This document shows, piece by piece, positions 16,450 to 24,416 of a stretch of 32,000 nucleotides of DNA (its first letter is position 1; each line of letters starts with the position of its first letter). Location: the NCBI GenBank assembly GCA_963718915.1, contig CAVRAI010000003.1, positions 570,001 to 602,000 on the forward strand, in the 5' to 3' direction. This stretch comes from an uncultured Chloroflexia bacterium (GTDB taxonomy: Bacteria > Chloroflexota > Ktedonobacteria > Ktedonobacterales > JADMIN01). Below the pieces are notes generated by a model, which ran no database searches, had not been told where the DNA came from, and saw only the letters and a list, made by a program, of their open reading frames with translations. Both the position numbers and the translations under genes were made by a program.

Positions 16450-16851
16450 GTGGCTTTTCTCGTGACCGAATACACACTCGTTTTCCGCCGGATCGGTGGG
16501 CGACGCCGAGACTTCTCGCGGCCCTATAACGGCTGGACGCTTGCCCGGCCCGGGCTGGCGCAGCTGATGCTGGACGCCGCGACGCCCGACACCGACACCG
16601 ACACCGTCAACGGTCGGCAAAGCGGCGAGATCGCCCATGTGGTGGTCGTGCCGCTCTGCTCTACCCTCGCGCTAGAGCCACTTGCCTACGAGCATTTTCT
16701 GGTGGCGAGCGGGGTGCTGCCGCATTCGCTGCGCCTGCTGGCGCATGTCCGCCTGACCGACACGCACGCGGTCGAAACGGTACGTCGGCGAATTCAGTCG
16801 CTGGTGATGGCGGCTGAGGTACAGGCGATCATCGAGGGGCTATCGGCCTGA
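16450..16851 (+). CDS. small hypothetical protein (133 aa from GTG 16450; alternative ATG at 16567)
   Basis: Hand-counted third-position GC is ~80% over the whole frame, versus a ~50% GC non-coding stretch immediately upstream, so this frame is probably translated. An in-frame stop lies at 16432. The 3' end overlaps the convergent helicase gene by 23 nt. Contains a DTDTDT hexanucleotide repeat. No family recognised with confidence. Confidence 0.45.
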   Translation: MAFLVTEYTLVFRRIGGRRRDFSRPYNGWTLARPGLAQLMLDAATPDTDTDTVNGRQSGEIAHVVVVPLCSTLALEPLAYEHFLVASGVLPHSLRLLAHVRLTDTHAVETVRRRIQSLVMAAEVQAIIEGLSA

Positions 16852-19759
16852 CCGTCTCCTGCTGGGCGCTGCTGCTCCGCGCCGGAATGATTCCGCCATG
16901 GCCATCGTAGAGCGATGCGCAGTACGCCACCAGCCGTCGTAACAGGGGGACTTCTTCGAGCGCGGCGCGATTGCCCAGGATGATAAGCTTGTGCCGCGCC
17001 CGTGTCAGCGCCACATTCAGTCGGTTCGGGTCCGCCAGGAAGTCTGGCCCGCGCCCGCCCCATGTTGCCGCGCCCCCACCGCCAAAGCTGTAGAAGATGA
17101 CCGACCGCTCGCCTCCCTGGAAGCGATCTACCGTATCCACCAGCACATCGGTCTCGCCACCTGCCACCAGCCGCGCGCGAATAGCGCCCACCTGCGCCCG
17201 ATACGGCGCGATCACGCCAATGTCGTGCGCCGCGACGCCCAACCGGCGCAGCTCGCGCACCAGATTGCGCACCAGGATCGCCTGCGCCTGATTCTCCTTA
17301 TGCCCGCGCTCGTCCGGTCCCAACGGCACGTCGATGAAGACGACTGGATGCGCCGGATCGAGGACTCGCCCGAAAGTCCCCACTGCGGCCTCGCTCAGCG
17401 CTAACCGCGCGGTACGCGCTGATCCCTCCGCAACCAGGGTGTCGCCGTAGAATTCACCGCTGGGGAAGGCGCAGATGACGGGGTGCATCCGATACTGGCG
17501 CCGCAGGGGGACGCTGGCCTCCGCACCACAACGCTCTAGCAGCGTGGCAAAGAGCGAGCGTTTCAAGCCACGAGCAGCCGCCGTCTCGCTTCGCACCAGT
17601 GGCGGAAGCTGGCGATCATCCCCGACCAGCACAAAGCGCCGCGCGAATCGGAGCGCGCCGAGCGTCGTGGGCAGCGTTAGCTGGGTCGCTTCGTCCAGGA
17701 TGGCCAGATCGAAGAGCAGTGGCTCGCCAATATCATCATAGCTCTCGGATGACCATGTGGCCGTCGTCGCGGCCACCAGCGGCGCGGTACGCAGCGTCTC
17801 GCGGATGCGCCCCGGCGTCAGTTCGGCGCCTTCTCCGGCCAGCGCCCGTGCCCGCGTCACCAGCCGATGCCCTTGTATCTCTGGCGCGACGCTTAGCTCG
17901 TGGCCCAGCCGCACAAAATCATCCCAGCCATCAGCCAGCAACCGTCGCAGGACGGTATCCACCGCCTGATTGGTAAACGCGCCGATCAGTACTCGCTCGC
18001 CGCGTTGCATCGCTCGCCGGGCAATCTCGGCGACAACACTCGTCTTGCCGGTACCCGGCGGCCCCTGAATCAGCAGATAGTCGCGGGCGGCCAGCGCGCG
18101 GGCAACTGCCTGCCGCTGCTCGGTATTGAGGCTGGCGGGCAATGTCTCCTGTATCGCTGCCTCGGCGGACTCGTCGAAGGTGGGCGCGATGGCGCCGCGG
18201 ACCAGCTCGCGCAGGTGGGGCGCGCCACGTAGCCAGCGCCAGAGATTGCGCACGGTGCGATCATGCACGATATCGCTCTCGTAGCGGTCAAGCAGAGTGG
18301 GGTTGGCGATGCGCTCCGGCGTCCAGACGACGACACGTTGCGCCTCGATGCGCAGAATCGTCCCGCTGACCACCGCGCCGCGCACGGGATCGCCCTCGCT
18401 CACCAGCACGGCGTCGCCCTCGCGGAGATCGGAGCCTTGCGCGCCTTCGAGGGTATATTCCCACTCGCCCTTCGCGGTCTGGCGCGGTTCGCCCACCAGC
18501 CTGAGGTCGCCCAGCGCCACACCACGCCGCATCCGCTCAGCGGGTGTCGCTCGCCAGAGCGCGCTGCCATCGACTTCAGCGGCGCGCGCCTCCTGCCGCA
18601 GCAGATCGTACATCTCGGCGAACATCGTGGCGTCTTCCTGGTCAACCGGCTCCAGCACGTCGGGCAGGTCAGGTGGCTGCCAGCCAAGCAACGCCGAGGC
18701 GCGCAGGCAATCCTGCCGCACCATGCAGCGCGCGCACTTCAGCGCGGATGGCGGCGGGGGTACCGCGCCGGTCGCGTGGACGAGCGCCAGCGCGTTGCGT
18801 AGCTCCATCACTCGTTGCAGATCGCGATGGACGAAGGGGATCCTGTAGGTGTCTGCGCGACCGGGCGTTCCACTATAGAGCAGCGTCGCGCCGGGGCCAT
18901 CCTGCCGTCCCGGAAAGCGGGCGGCCAACAGCGTCTGGTAGCCATGCACCTGCCAGCGATGCTCGCGTTTGGGCAGCGACGCGCGCACGTTGCCGGTCTT
19001 CAGTTCAAGCAGTGACCCGCCGTGGGGATCCTGCAACAAGACATCGAGCCGCCCCTTCAGGCCAACCTCCGGCGCCAGGAGAAACGTCTCGGCGCGGATG
19101 TCGGGAGCGGTGCGCCAGAGATTCTGGCGGCTCTGGGCGTACCATGCGGCCAGCGCGCGTATATGGGGCGCGGCCTCAGCGGCCATCTCCCCCTCGCCGA
19201 TTTGTCGCAGCGCCAGCTCAACCTGCGCCGCGTCCAGGGCACGCTGAAGATAGACCTCGATAGGTTCGTTGCCGCCCTTGAGCAGCTCTTTAAACGCGGT
19301 ATGCACCAGCGTCCCACGCAGCGAGGCCGCGCTTGGCGGTGAGGGCGCCATACGGCGTAGCGGATACTGGCGCACGCAGTACTCGGCGTTGTTGATATCG
19401 GTAATGTTGAGCAGCAGGTCGGGTTCCAGCACGATCACGCCCGCTGGCAGCAGCCGCAACGTCTCGGGAGTAGCTGTGCGGGCGAGATGATGGACGCACA
19501 CACGCAACCCGCGCCAGCGATCTGGCGGATAGGCCGATAATTCGCGCCAGAGGGCGCGTCCCTGCTCCTCGCAACGCACATGTATGGTCTCGCCGCGTTC
19601 ATCGCGCAGCGTCAGTTCCAACTGGCGCAACCTGGGGTCAAATGCCGCGTCGCACAGTTCGCCGGAAACGCTGGCCACGTCACAGGGGGTCGCGCGCTCC
19701 ATCTCCCATGGGCAGAGAAAGCAGCTCTGCGCGCTATTCGTAGACTTGTCTGCTGCCAT
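16829..19759 (-). CDS. Dna2-like bifunctional protein: N-terminal Cas4/RecB-type PD-(D/E)xK nuclease with a 4-Cys Fe-S cluster, fused to an Upf1/Dna2-type SF1B helicase
   Basis: Nuclease motifs: AEYCVRQY (Cys1), GRLDVLL...LLELKTG (D...ExK), QVHGYQTLL (QhxxY) and CARCMVRQDC (CxxCx5C). Helicase motifs: LIQGPPGTGKTS (I), AILDEATQL (II), VLVGDDRQLPP (III), RQYRMHPVI (IV), VIAPYRAQV, VDTVDRFQGGERSVIF (V) and NVALTRARHKLIILG (VI). A ~115-aa Cys-containing N-terminal extension (CFLCPWEMERATPCD) has unknown function. Confidence 0.85.
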   Translation of the reverse strand: MAADKSTNSAQSCFLCPWEMERATPCDVASVSGELCDAAFDPRLRQLELTLRDERGETIHVRCEEQGRALWRELSAYPPDRWRGLRVCVHHLARTATPETLRLLPAGVIVLEPDLLLNITDINNAEYCVRQYPLRRMAPSPPSAASLRGTLVHTAFKELLKGGNEPIEVYLQRALDAAQVELALRQIGEGEMAAEAAPHIRALAAWYAQSRQNLWRTAPDIRAETFLLAPEVGLKGRLDVLLQDPHGGSLLELKTGNVRASLPKREHRWQVHGYQTLLAARFPGRQDGPGATLLYSGTPGRADTYRIPFVHRDLQRVMELRNALALVHATGAVPPPPSALKCARCMVRQDCLRASALLGWQPPDLPDVLEPVDQEDATMFAEMYDLLRQEARAAEVDGSALWRATPAERMRRGVALGDLRLVGEPRQTAKGEWEYTLEGAQGSDLREGDAVLVSEGDPVRGAVVSGTILRIEAQRVVVWTPERIANPTLLDRYESDIVHDRTVRNLWRWLRGAPHLRELVRGAIAPTFDESAEAAIQETLPASLNTEQRQAVARALAARDYLLIQGPPGTGKTSVVAEIARRAMQRGERVLIGAFTNQAVDTVLRRLLADGWDDFVRLGHELSVAPEIQGHRLVTRARALAGEGAELTPGRIRETLRTAPLVAATTATWSSESYDDIGEPLLFDLAILDEATQLTLPTTLGALRFARRFVLVGDDRQLPPLVRSETAAARGLKRSLFATLLERCGAEASVPLRRQYRMHPVICAFPSGEFYGDTLVAEGSARTARLALSEAAVGTFGRVLDPAHPVVFIDVPLGPDERGHKENQAQAILVRNLVRELRRLGVAAHDIGVIAPYRAQVGAIRARLVAGGETDVLVDTVDRFQGGERSVIFYSFGGGGAATWGGRGPDFLADPNRLNVALTRARHKLIILGNRAALEEVPLLRRLVAYCASLYDGHGGIIPARSSSAQQETVRPIAPR

Positions 19760-19904
19760 CGCCAGCGCTCACTTTCCCGCCAGCGGCTATCGCATGGCGC
19801 ATCGCAGTGTACGGCGAAGCAGGCGGCGCGTCAAGCGGGCTGGAGGCGATGGACCGATATCCGCCGCTACAGTTCAGCTGGAACCTGTAACCCAAGATCG
19901 ACGT

Positions 19905-19933
19905 TTGTGAAAAGAGGTATTTGCGGTTATACT
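19905..19933 (+). promoter_or_regulatory. candidate sigma70-type promoter TTGTGA-N17-TATACT for the HlyD-family gene (~205-nt leader)
   Basis: TTGTGA at 19905-19910 and TATACT at 19928-19933 with a 17-nt spacer, in the divergent intergenic region 19760-20144. Confidence 0.45.
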
Positions 19934-20144
19934 ATCCGCGTCTAGCTGAACGCGAAAGTCTATCGGGCACAGTGCCGGGCGATTACGGTTCATCGGAACG
20001 ATATGCTCTGGCCATCTGGTGACGCTGTGGCGCGCAACTCGTCCATATACGATACTCAGAGTTGATAGCGTATCGCTGATGCAGCGCGTGAAAGATGCTC
20101 CTGCCACGGAGCGCTCGCGTGCTTCGAAGGGATAGAGAAGCACC

Positions 20145-21632
20145 ATGGAGGATTCGCCACAAACACCCTTCAAAGACAGACCCAATGTCAGCGAGACGAC
20201 GATGCCTGGCCGCTACGTCGATCCCGTGACCGAGACAGATTACTCAGTAACATCGATGGATGGCATCCGCGGGTTCAACAAACTCTGGTGGAAGCATCGG
20301 CGCTGGCTTGTCCCTGTGCTCTCGGTGGCGCTGCTTGCGCTGATTCTCTTTGCCACGCTCGCCATCATCGTGCGTTCGCGCCAGCCCTATCTGACGTTTG
20401 GAGTGGTGACACAGGGCAACATCGTGCTCTCATTCCAGACGACTGGCACGCTGCGGAGCGCTGTCTACGGCGCTGATTTCGCGGTGACGGGGACGGTAGC
20501 TCAGATCAACGTGACGATAGGCCAGCAGGTCTCGCAGGGCGATACCCTCGCGCAACTCAATACCACGCTGCTGCAGGATGCGGTGAATCAGGCGCAGGTG
20601 GCCGTCAATGGCGCGTCAACGGCGTTATCCAGCGCGCAGACCAACCAGGATAAGGTTCAGACCTCCGCCAATGCCCTGACGGACAGCGCCTATACGACTG
20701 AGCAGGCGGCGATTGCTCAGTGCAATCGTGTATCGAGTCCGCCGCCCAACTGTGTCGCCCAGGCCAGAAGCCAGTACGCCGCCGCGCTTGCCGCCGCCGA
20801 CAGCATGAACGCGCAGGCCCAGCAGCAGACCACTACGGCTCAGGCGCAATACAACTCGGCCAAGGCGGGTCTGCAGGGCGTGCAGGATAACCTGGCCGCC
20901 GCCACGCTCAAAGCGCCGCATGGAGGGACCATTGCGGCGATCAACGGCGTTGTGGGTCAGACCAGCGGCGGTACCAAGAGCAGCTCCACGCCATTCATCC
21001 AGATTGCCGATCTCAACGCGCTGCAAATCACGGCGACGGTGAACGAGTCGCAGGTGGGCGTTGTGCTGCCGCAAGACGCGGTGCGTTTCACGGTGCCTTC
21101 GTTCAAGAATCGCGTCTTCAGTGGCTCGGTGAGCGGCGTCTCGCCGTTTGGGCAGGCAACCCACGATACGGTGCTCTACCCGATGACGGTGGATGTCGAC
21201 GGCCAGTCGGTGAGCTCCGGGACGGCGAACGCGACGGGCCAGACGCTGCTTCCCGGCATGACGGCGAAGATGACCGTGCTGACGGCGCAGCGATTCGCGG
21301 TGAAGCTCATCCCCAATAGCGCCGTGACCTACGCGCACCTCGCCGCCGATCCGAGACACTCCACGCTCATCAGCAAGGCGGCGGCAACTAAAGCGCTCGC
21401 CGAGGCGCGGCAGATGCTCACCCAGTTAGAGAACTCCGGCACGGATTACTCGCTGGATAATCCCACACCCGCCTATGTGCTGGTGTTGGTGAAGGGCAGA
21501 TGGATAGCGCAGCCGGTGGTGCTCGGACTGACCGACGGCAGGCACTACGAGGTGCTGGCGGGGCTGAGTCTGGGCCAGAAAGTGGCGACAGGCGAACAAC
21601 TCAACTGGTTCACCATCCTGCGTAACCAGTAA
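20145..21632 (+). CDS. HlyD/MacA-family periplasmic adaptor (membrane fusion protein) of an efflux system
   Basis: N-terminal TM helix (WLVPVLSVALLALILFATLAIIV). Then a lipoyl-like segment (GTVAQINVTIGQQVSQGDTLAQL), a long Ala/Gln-rich coiled coil, LKAPHGGTIAAINGVVGQ, and a beta-barrel region (LPGMTAKMTVL). The start could also be the Met of MPGRYV about 18 codons downstream. Confidence 0.8.
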   Translation: MEDSPQTPFKDRPNVSETTMPGRYVDPVTETDYSVTSMDGIRGFNKLWWKHRRWLVPVLSVALLALILFATLAIIVRSRQPYLTFGVVTQGNIVLSFQTTGTLRSAVYGADFAVTGTVAQINVTIGQQVSQGDTLAQLNTTLLQDAVNQAQVAVNGASTALSSAQTNQDKVQTSANALTDSAYTTEQAAIAQCNRVSSPPPNCVAQARSQYAAALAAADSMNAQAQQQTTTAQAQYNSAKAGLQGVQDNLAAATLKAPHGGTIAAINGVVGQTSGGTKSSSTPFIQIADLNALQITATVNESQVGVVLPQDAVRFTVPSFKNRVFSGSVSGVSPFGQATHDTVLYPMTVDVDGQSVSSGTANATGQTLLPGMTAKMTVLTAQRFAVKLIPNSAVTYAHLAADPRHSTLISKAAATKALAEARQMLTQLENSGTDYSLDNPTPAYVLVLVKGRWIAQPVVLGLTDGRHYEVLAGLSLGQKVATGEQLNWFTILRNQ

Positions 21633-21826
21633 CAAGTCCTCAGCGCAGGATGCGCCCGCGCCGCCATGCCCAGGTGCGCTACACAGGCTACCGCGTGCAA
21701 GAGGACGGTGTCATCGTGTTATACTTCAGGTGACACCGGCTGTTCATGCGCGCGTGGGCCAGCTCCAATACTCCAGGCCAGCGCACACGCTCGCACTACG
21801 ATTAAGTCAACGAGGTCGAGGAGCAG

Positions 21827-22765
21827 ATGAGCGAACTGGCTGTCTTCACGGGACGGGCGCACCAGCAACTGGCAATCGATATCTGCGTACACCTCGGTAT
21901 CCCGCTGGGCAATGCTGAGGTCTTTGAGTTCGACAACGAGAATATCTTCGTCAAGATCAATGAGAACGTCCGCGGCAAGGACGTCTACCTCGTTCAGCCG
22001 TTTAGCACGCCGGTGAACACCTCCATCATGGAGGTATTCATCATCATCGACGCGCTCCGGCGCGCCTCGGCCCAACGTGTCACGGCGGTGATCCCCTACT
22101 ATGCCTATGGACGCACCGACAAAAAGGACCAGCCGCGCGTCCCCATCACGGCGCGCCTGATCGCCGACTGTATCACCGTCGCGGGCGCGAATCGCGTGCT
22201 GACGATGGATCTGCATGCGGGCCAGATTCAGGGCTTCTTCAATATCCCGGTGGATGAGTTGACCGCGGCGCCCATTCTCGTCAACTACGTCCGCTCGTTG
22301 AAGCTCACCGATTTTACCGTCGTCGCCACCGACACCGGGTTCGCCAAGAAGGCGCGCAACTTTGCCGAGGATCTGAATGCTCCACTGGCGATCATCGAGA
22401 AACGCCGCACCAACAATGCGGGCGCGGTGGAGAGCCTCGGCCTGATCGGTAGTGTGGAGGGGCAGAACGCCATCATCGTCGACGACGAGATCGGCACGGC
22501 AGGCTCGCTGGTACAGGCGGCGCAGGTGGTGCGCGAGAGCGGCGCGCGCGATATCTACGCCGCGGCGGTGCATGGCATCCTCTCAGGGCCAGCCATCCAG
22601 AATATCCAGCATTCCGATATCAAGAAGCTGGTGATTACGGATACTGTCCCATTACCGCCAGAGAAGCGCATTCCCCAGATTGCGCAGTGTTCCGTCGCGG
22701 AGCTGTTTGCCGGGGCCATTGCGCGCATTCACGAAGGGCGTTCGGTCTCGGAGCTTTTTCGATAG
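21827..22765 (+). CDS. prs: ribose-phosphate pyrophosphokinase (PRPP synthetase)
   Basis: Collinear with B. subtilis Prs as recalled: FEFDNENIFVKINENVRGKDVYLVQP, IMEVFIIIDALRRASA, VIPYYAYGRTDKK, LTMDLHAGQIQGFFNIPVD, IIVDDEIGTAGSL (PRPP-binding loop) and HGILSGPA. GAGGAG SD 3 nt before the ATG. Confidence 0.95.
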   Translation: MSELAVFTGRAHQQLAIDICVHLGIPLGNAEVFEFDNENIFVKINENVRGKDVYLVQPFSTPVNTSIMEVFIIIDALRRASAQRVTAVIPYYAYGRTDKKDQPRVPITARLIADCITVAGANRVLTMDLHAGQIQGFFNIPVDELTAAPILVNYVRSLKLTDFTVVATDTGFAKKARNFAEDLNAPLAIIEKRRTNNAGAVESLGLIGSVEGQNAIIVDDEIGTAGSLVQAAQVVRESGARDIYAAAVHGILSGPAIQNIQHSDIKKLVITDTVPLPPEKRIPQIAQCSVAELFAGAIARIHEGRSVSELFR

Positions 22766-22795
22766 CAGCCGTAGCAGCGCGGGGAATGTGCGCCG

Positions 22796-23254
22796 ATGAT
22801 GGACGAGACGGCAGCGGCAGCGGTTTCTATCACGCCAGAGTTCGAGAGCATCCTGCGGTATCTGCGGACGCTGGCGGAACCATGCGCGCCGCCGATGGGC
22901 GCGGGCGGCTTCGATGTACTCTATGCCAGCGCGCGTGAGGTGGTTGTCTGGTACTCCCCGGCCCGTGACGGCCAGATGGCGCGTGAGATCGCGATTCCCG
23001 CCGAGGTGCTCGCCGCCGCATGGCAATCGCTCTGCGCGGGCGCGCTACTGGATGAGGCGACGTTGTTCGCGTTGGGGCTAGGCTCAGCGGGCGCGCAGTG
23101 GGTCATCGCGCTGCTGGCGCAGATTCCCGGTATACAGGTGCGGCAGGAGCCGCTGGCGCTGGCGTGGGCGCTGCTGGCAGCTTCTTCCACGCCTCCCACG
23201 TCTCAACCCGTTGAGCATACTGAGCTTTATTCAGGCGGTGATCCAGAGGCATAG
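22796..23254 (+). CDS. hypothetical protein (152 aa)
   Basis: ORF only; follows prs by 30 nt. No recognisable motif and a weak RBS. Confidence 0.4.
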   Translation: MMDETAAAAVSITPEFESILRYLRTLAEPCAPPMGAGGFDVLYASAREVVVWYSPARDGQMAREIAIPAEVLAAAWQSLCAGALLDEATLFALGLGSAGAQWVIALLAQIPGIQVRQEPLALAWALLAASSTPPTSQPVEHTELYSGGDPEA

Positions 23255-23415
23255 GGCGCTGGATGCGGTGATTGTTGTGGAGAATGTGGTGGTGGGGCGA
23301 CGGTAGTCGGTGTGGAGGATGCGCCGGACAAGGACTGTTCAAGTCGGCAGCGAGGCGGGTAGCTTGAAGCACTGACTGCCAGTGCCCTGGCTCCGTCGTT
23401 AGCGATCCTTCAGCA

Positions 23416-24156
23416 TCAGTCGCGGCGCACGAGGCCATCGATCAGTAATCCGATGGTGAAGTCGAAGCGTTCATGGCCGACGCCGGAAGTCAGTTCGGCT
23501 GCATAGCGCTTCGACTGCGGGAAAGCATCAGGCAGCGCAGCAAATCTGCGCAGCAGTTCGTCGCGGCTGACGACCCAGCCAGCGCCACGATCGCTCTGAT
23601 GACTATCTAGCATGGATATTTCGAGGCAGTATGCATTGACGTAGAGCGTCAGGGAGTCGATCGCCCAGGCGGCGATCTGTGGCTCGATGCCTCCCGCGAG
23701 AAGGATCGCGAACATGCCCTCATTGACTCGAAGCGTCTCCAGGTTTGTTGGCGCGAGGGCGAGAGATGCCCGGGAGATGCCAGGGTAGCGCAAATATTGG
23801 TCTCGTAACTGAGTGCAGACAACGACTATCTGTTGCTGCCAGGTAGCGGAATCCGGCTCGGGTAGTTCGATCTCGGCGCAGAGGCGACCGATGAGCAGTT
23901 CGTCCAGATCCCTCTTGTTGACCACGTGGGCATAGAGCGACGCGGGACCCGTCTCGAGCGCAGAGGCGAGGCGTCGCATCGTCAACGCCTCGTATCCCTC
24001 ACTCGCTACGATGTCGAATGCGGCGGTGACGATCGAATCGACTGTGATCGGCCTCTTGCCTCGTCCGGCTGGGCCACGCCGCGTCGCAGGCATGCTCACA
24101 TCTGCGTCCAGTTGCTGGTGACGCGCGGCACGACGTTGCAGTGGTGTTGGTGACAT
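23416..24156 (-). CDS. TetR/AcrR-family transcriptional repressor
   Basis: N-terminal HTH: ITVDSIVTAAFDIVASEGYEALTMRRLASALETGPASLYAHVVNKRDL. The C-terminal helical ligand domain resembles the TetR_C pattern. Divergent from an MFS gene. An alternative internal start lies at 24093. Confidence 0.85.
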   Translation of the reverse strand: MSPTPLQRRAARHQQLDADVSMPATRRGPAGRGKRPITVDSIVTAAFDIVASEGYEALTMRRLASALETGPASLYAHVVNKRDLDELLIGRLCAEIELPEPDSATWQQQIVVVCTQLRDQYLRYPGISRASLALAPTNLETLRVNEGMFAILLAGGIEPQIAAWAIDSLTLYVNAYCLEISMLDSHQSDRGAGWVVSRDELLRRFAALPDAFPQSKRYAAELTSGVGHERFDFTIGLLIDGLVRRD

Positions 24157-24162
24157 GACCCC

Positions 24163-24171
24163 ATTCTAGCA
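24163..24171 (-). promoter_or_regulatory. candidate extended -10 promoter (TGCTAGAAT on the minus strand) giving a leaderless or near-leaderless tetR transcript
   Basis: The minus strand reads tTGcTAGAATggggtcATG, with only 6 nt between the -10 hexamer and the ATG at 24156. Confidence 0.4.
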
Positions 24172-24178
24172 AATCTTC

Positions 24179-24231
24179 GAACATTGTGCTACACTCAAAG
24201 AACAGTGTTCGTATTTATGCGAACACTGTTC
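24179..24231. promoter_or_regulatory. three palindromic operator-like sites GAACAnTGT(T/G)C spaced exactly 21 bp centre-to-centre
   Basis: gaacattgtgc (24179-24189), gaacagtgttc (24200-24210) and gaacactgttc (24221-24231), all in the TetR/MFS divergent intergenic region. Confidence 0.6.
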
Positions 24232-24321
24232 AAGAGAAAGTCATGGTCTGTGATTGCTGATCAACGTCTCGACGAGGCGCCCCCTCCAGTTCATTACCCT
24301 TGGGTACCGCATGGCTCATCC

Positions 24322-24355
24322 TTGCTGTCATCTCCATTGCTGTCATCTCCATTGC
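24322..24355 (+). repeat. 15-bp tandem duplication TTGCTGTCATCTCCA x2.3 in the MFS leader
   Basis: Read directly: ttgctgtcatctcca ttgctgtcatctcca ttgc. Confidence 0.9.
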
Positions 24356-24416
24356 CGACCTCACGCTCGCAAACGGAAACGCGCCACACCACCACTCCAC
24401 ATGAAAGGAACACGAT

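Noticed and set aside
16170-16475. N-terminal 102 codons of ORF 14985..16475
   Set aside because: It runs through the low-GC intergenic region with an implausible sequence (MYSVTRKATCAYPSQTSMG...). A strong GAGGAGGTG SD precedes the internal ATG at 16169.
19841-19885. Possible fluoride (crcB-motif) riboswitch: GGAGGCGATGGACCGATATCCGCCG
   Set aside because: Only the GGCGATGG and CCGCC words match. The conserved 3' CTGATGATGCCT-type segment is missing. The site also lies upstream of the best promoter candidate, and the downstream gene is not a fluoride-related gene.
21719-22573. 284-aa minus-strand ORF antisense to prs (and 20625..21359 on the minus strand, antisense to the HlyD gene)
   Set aside because: prs and the adaptor gene are clearly the real products. 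The antisense translations are Arg/His/Asp-rich with no motifs.
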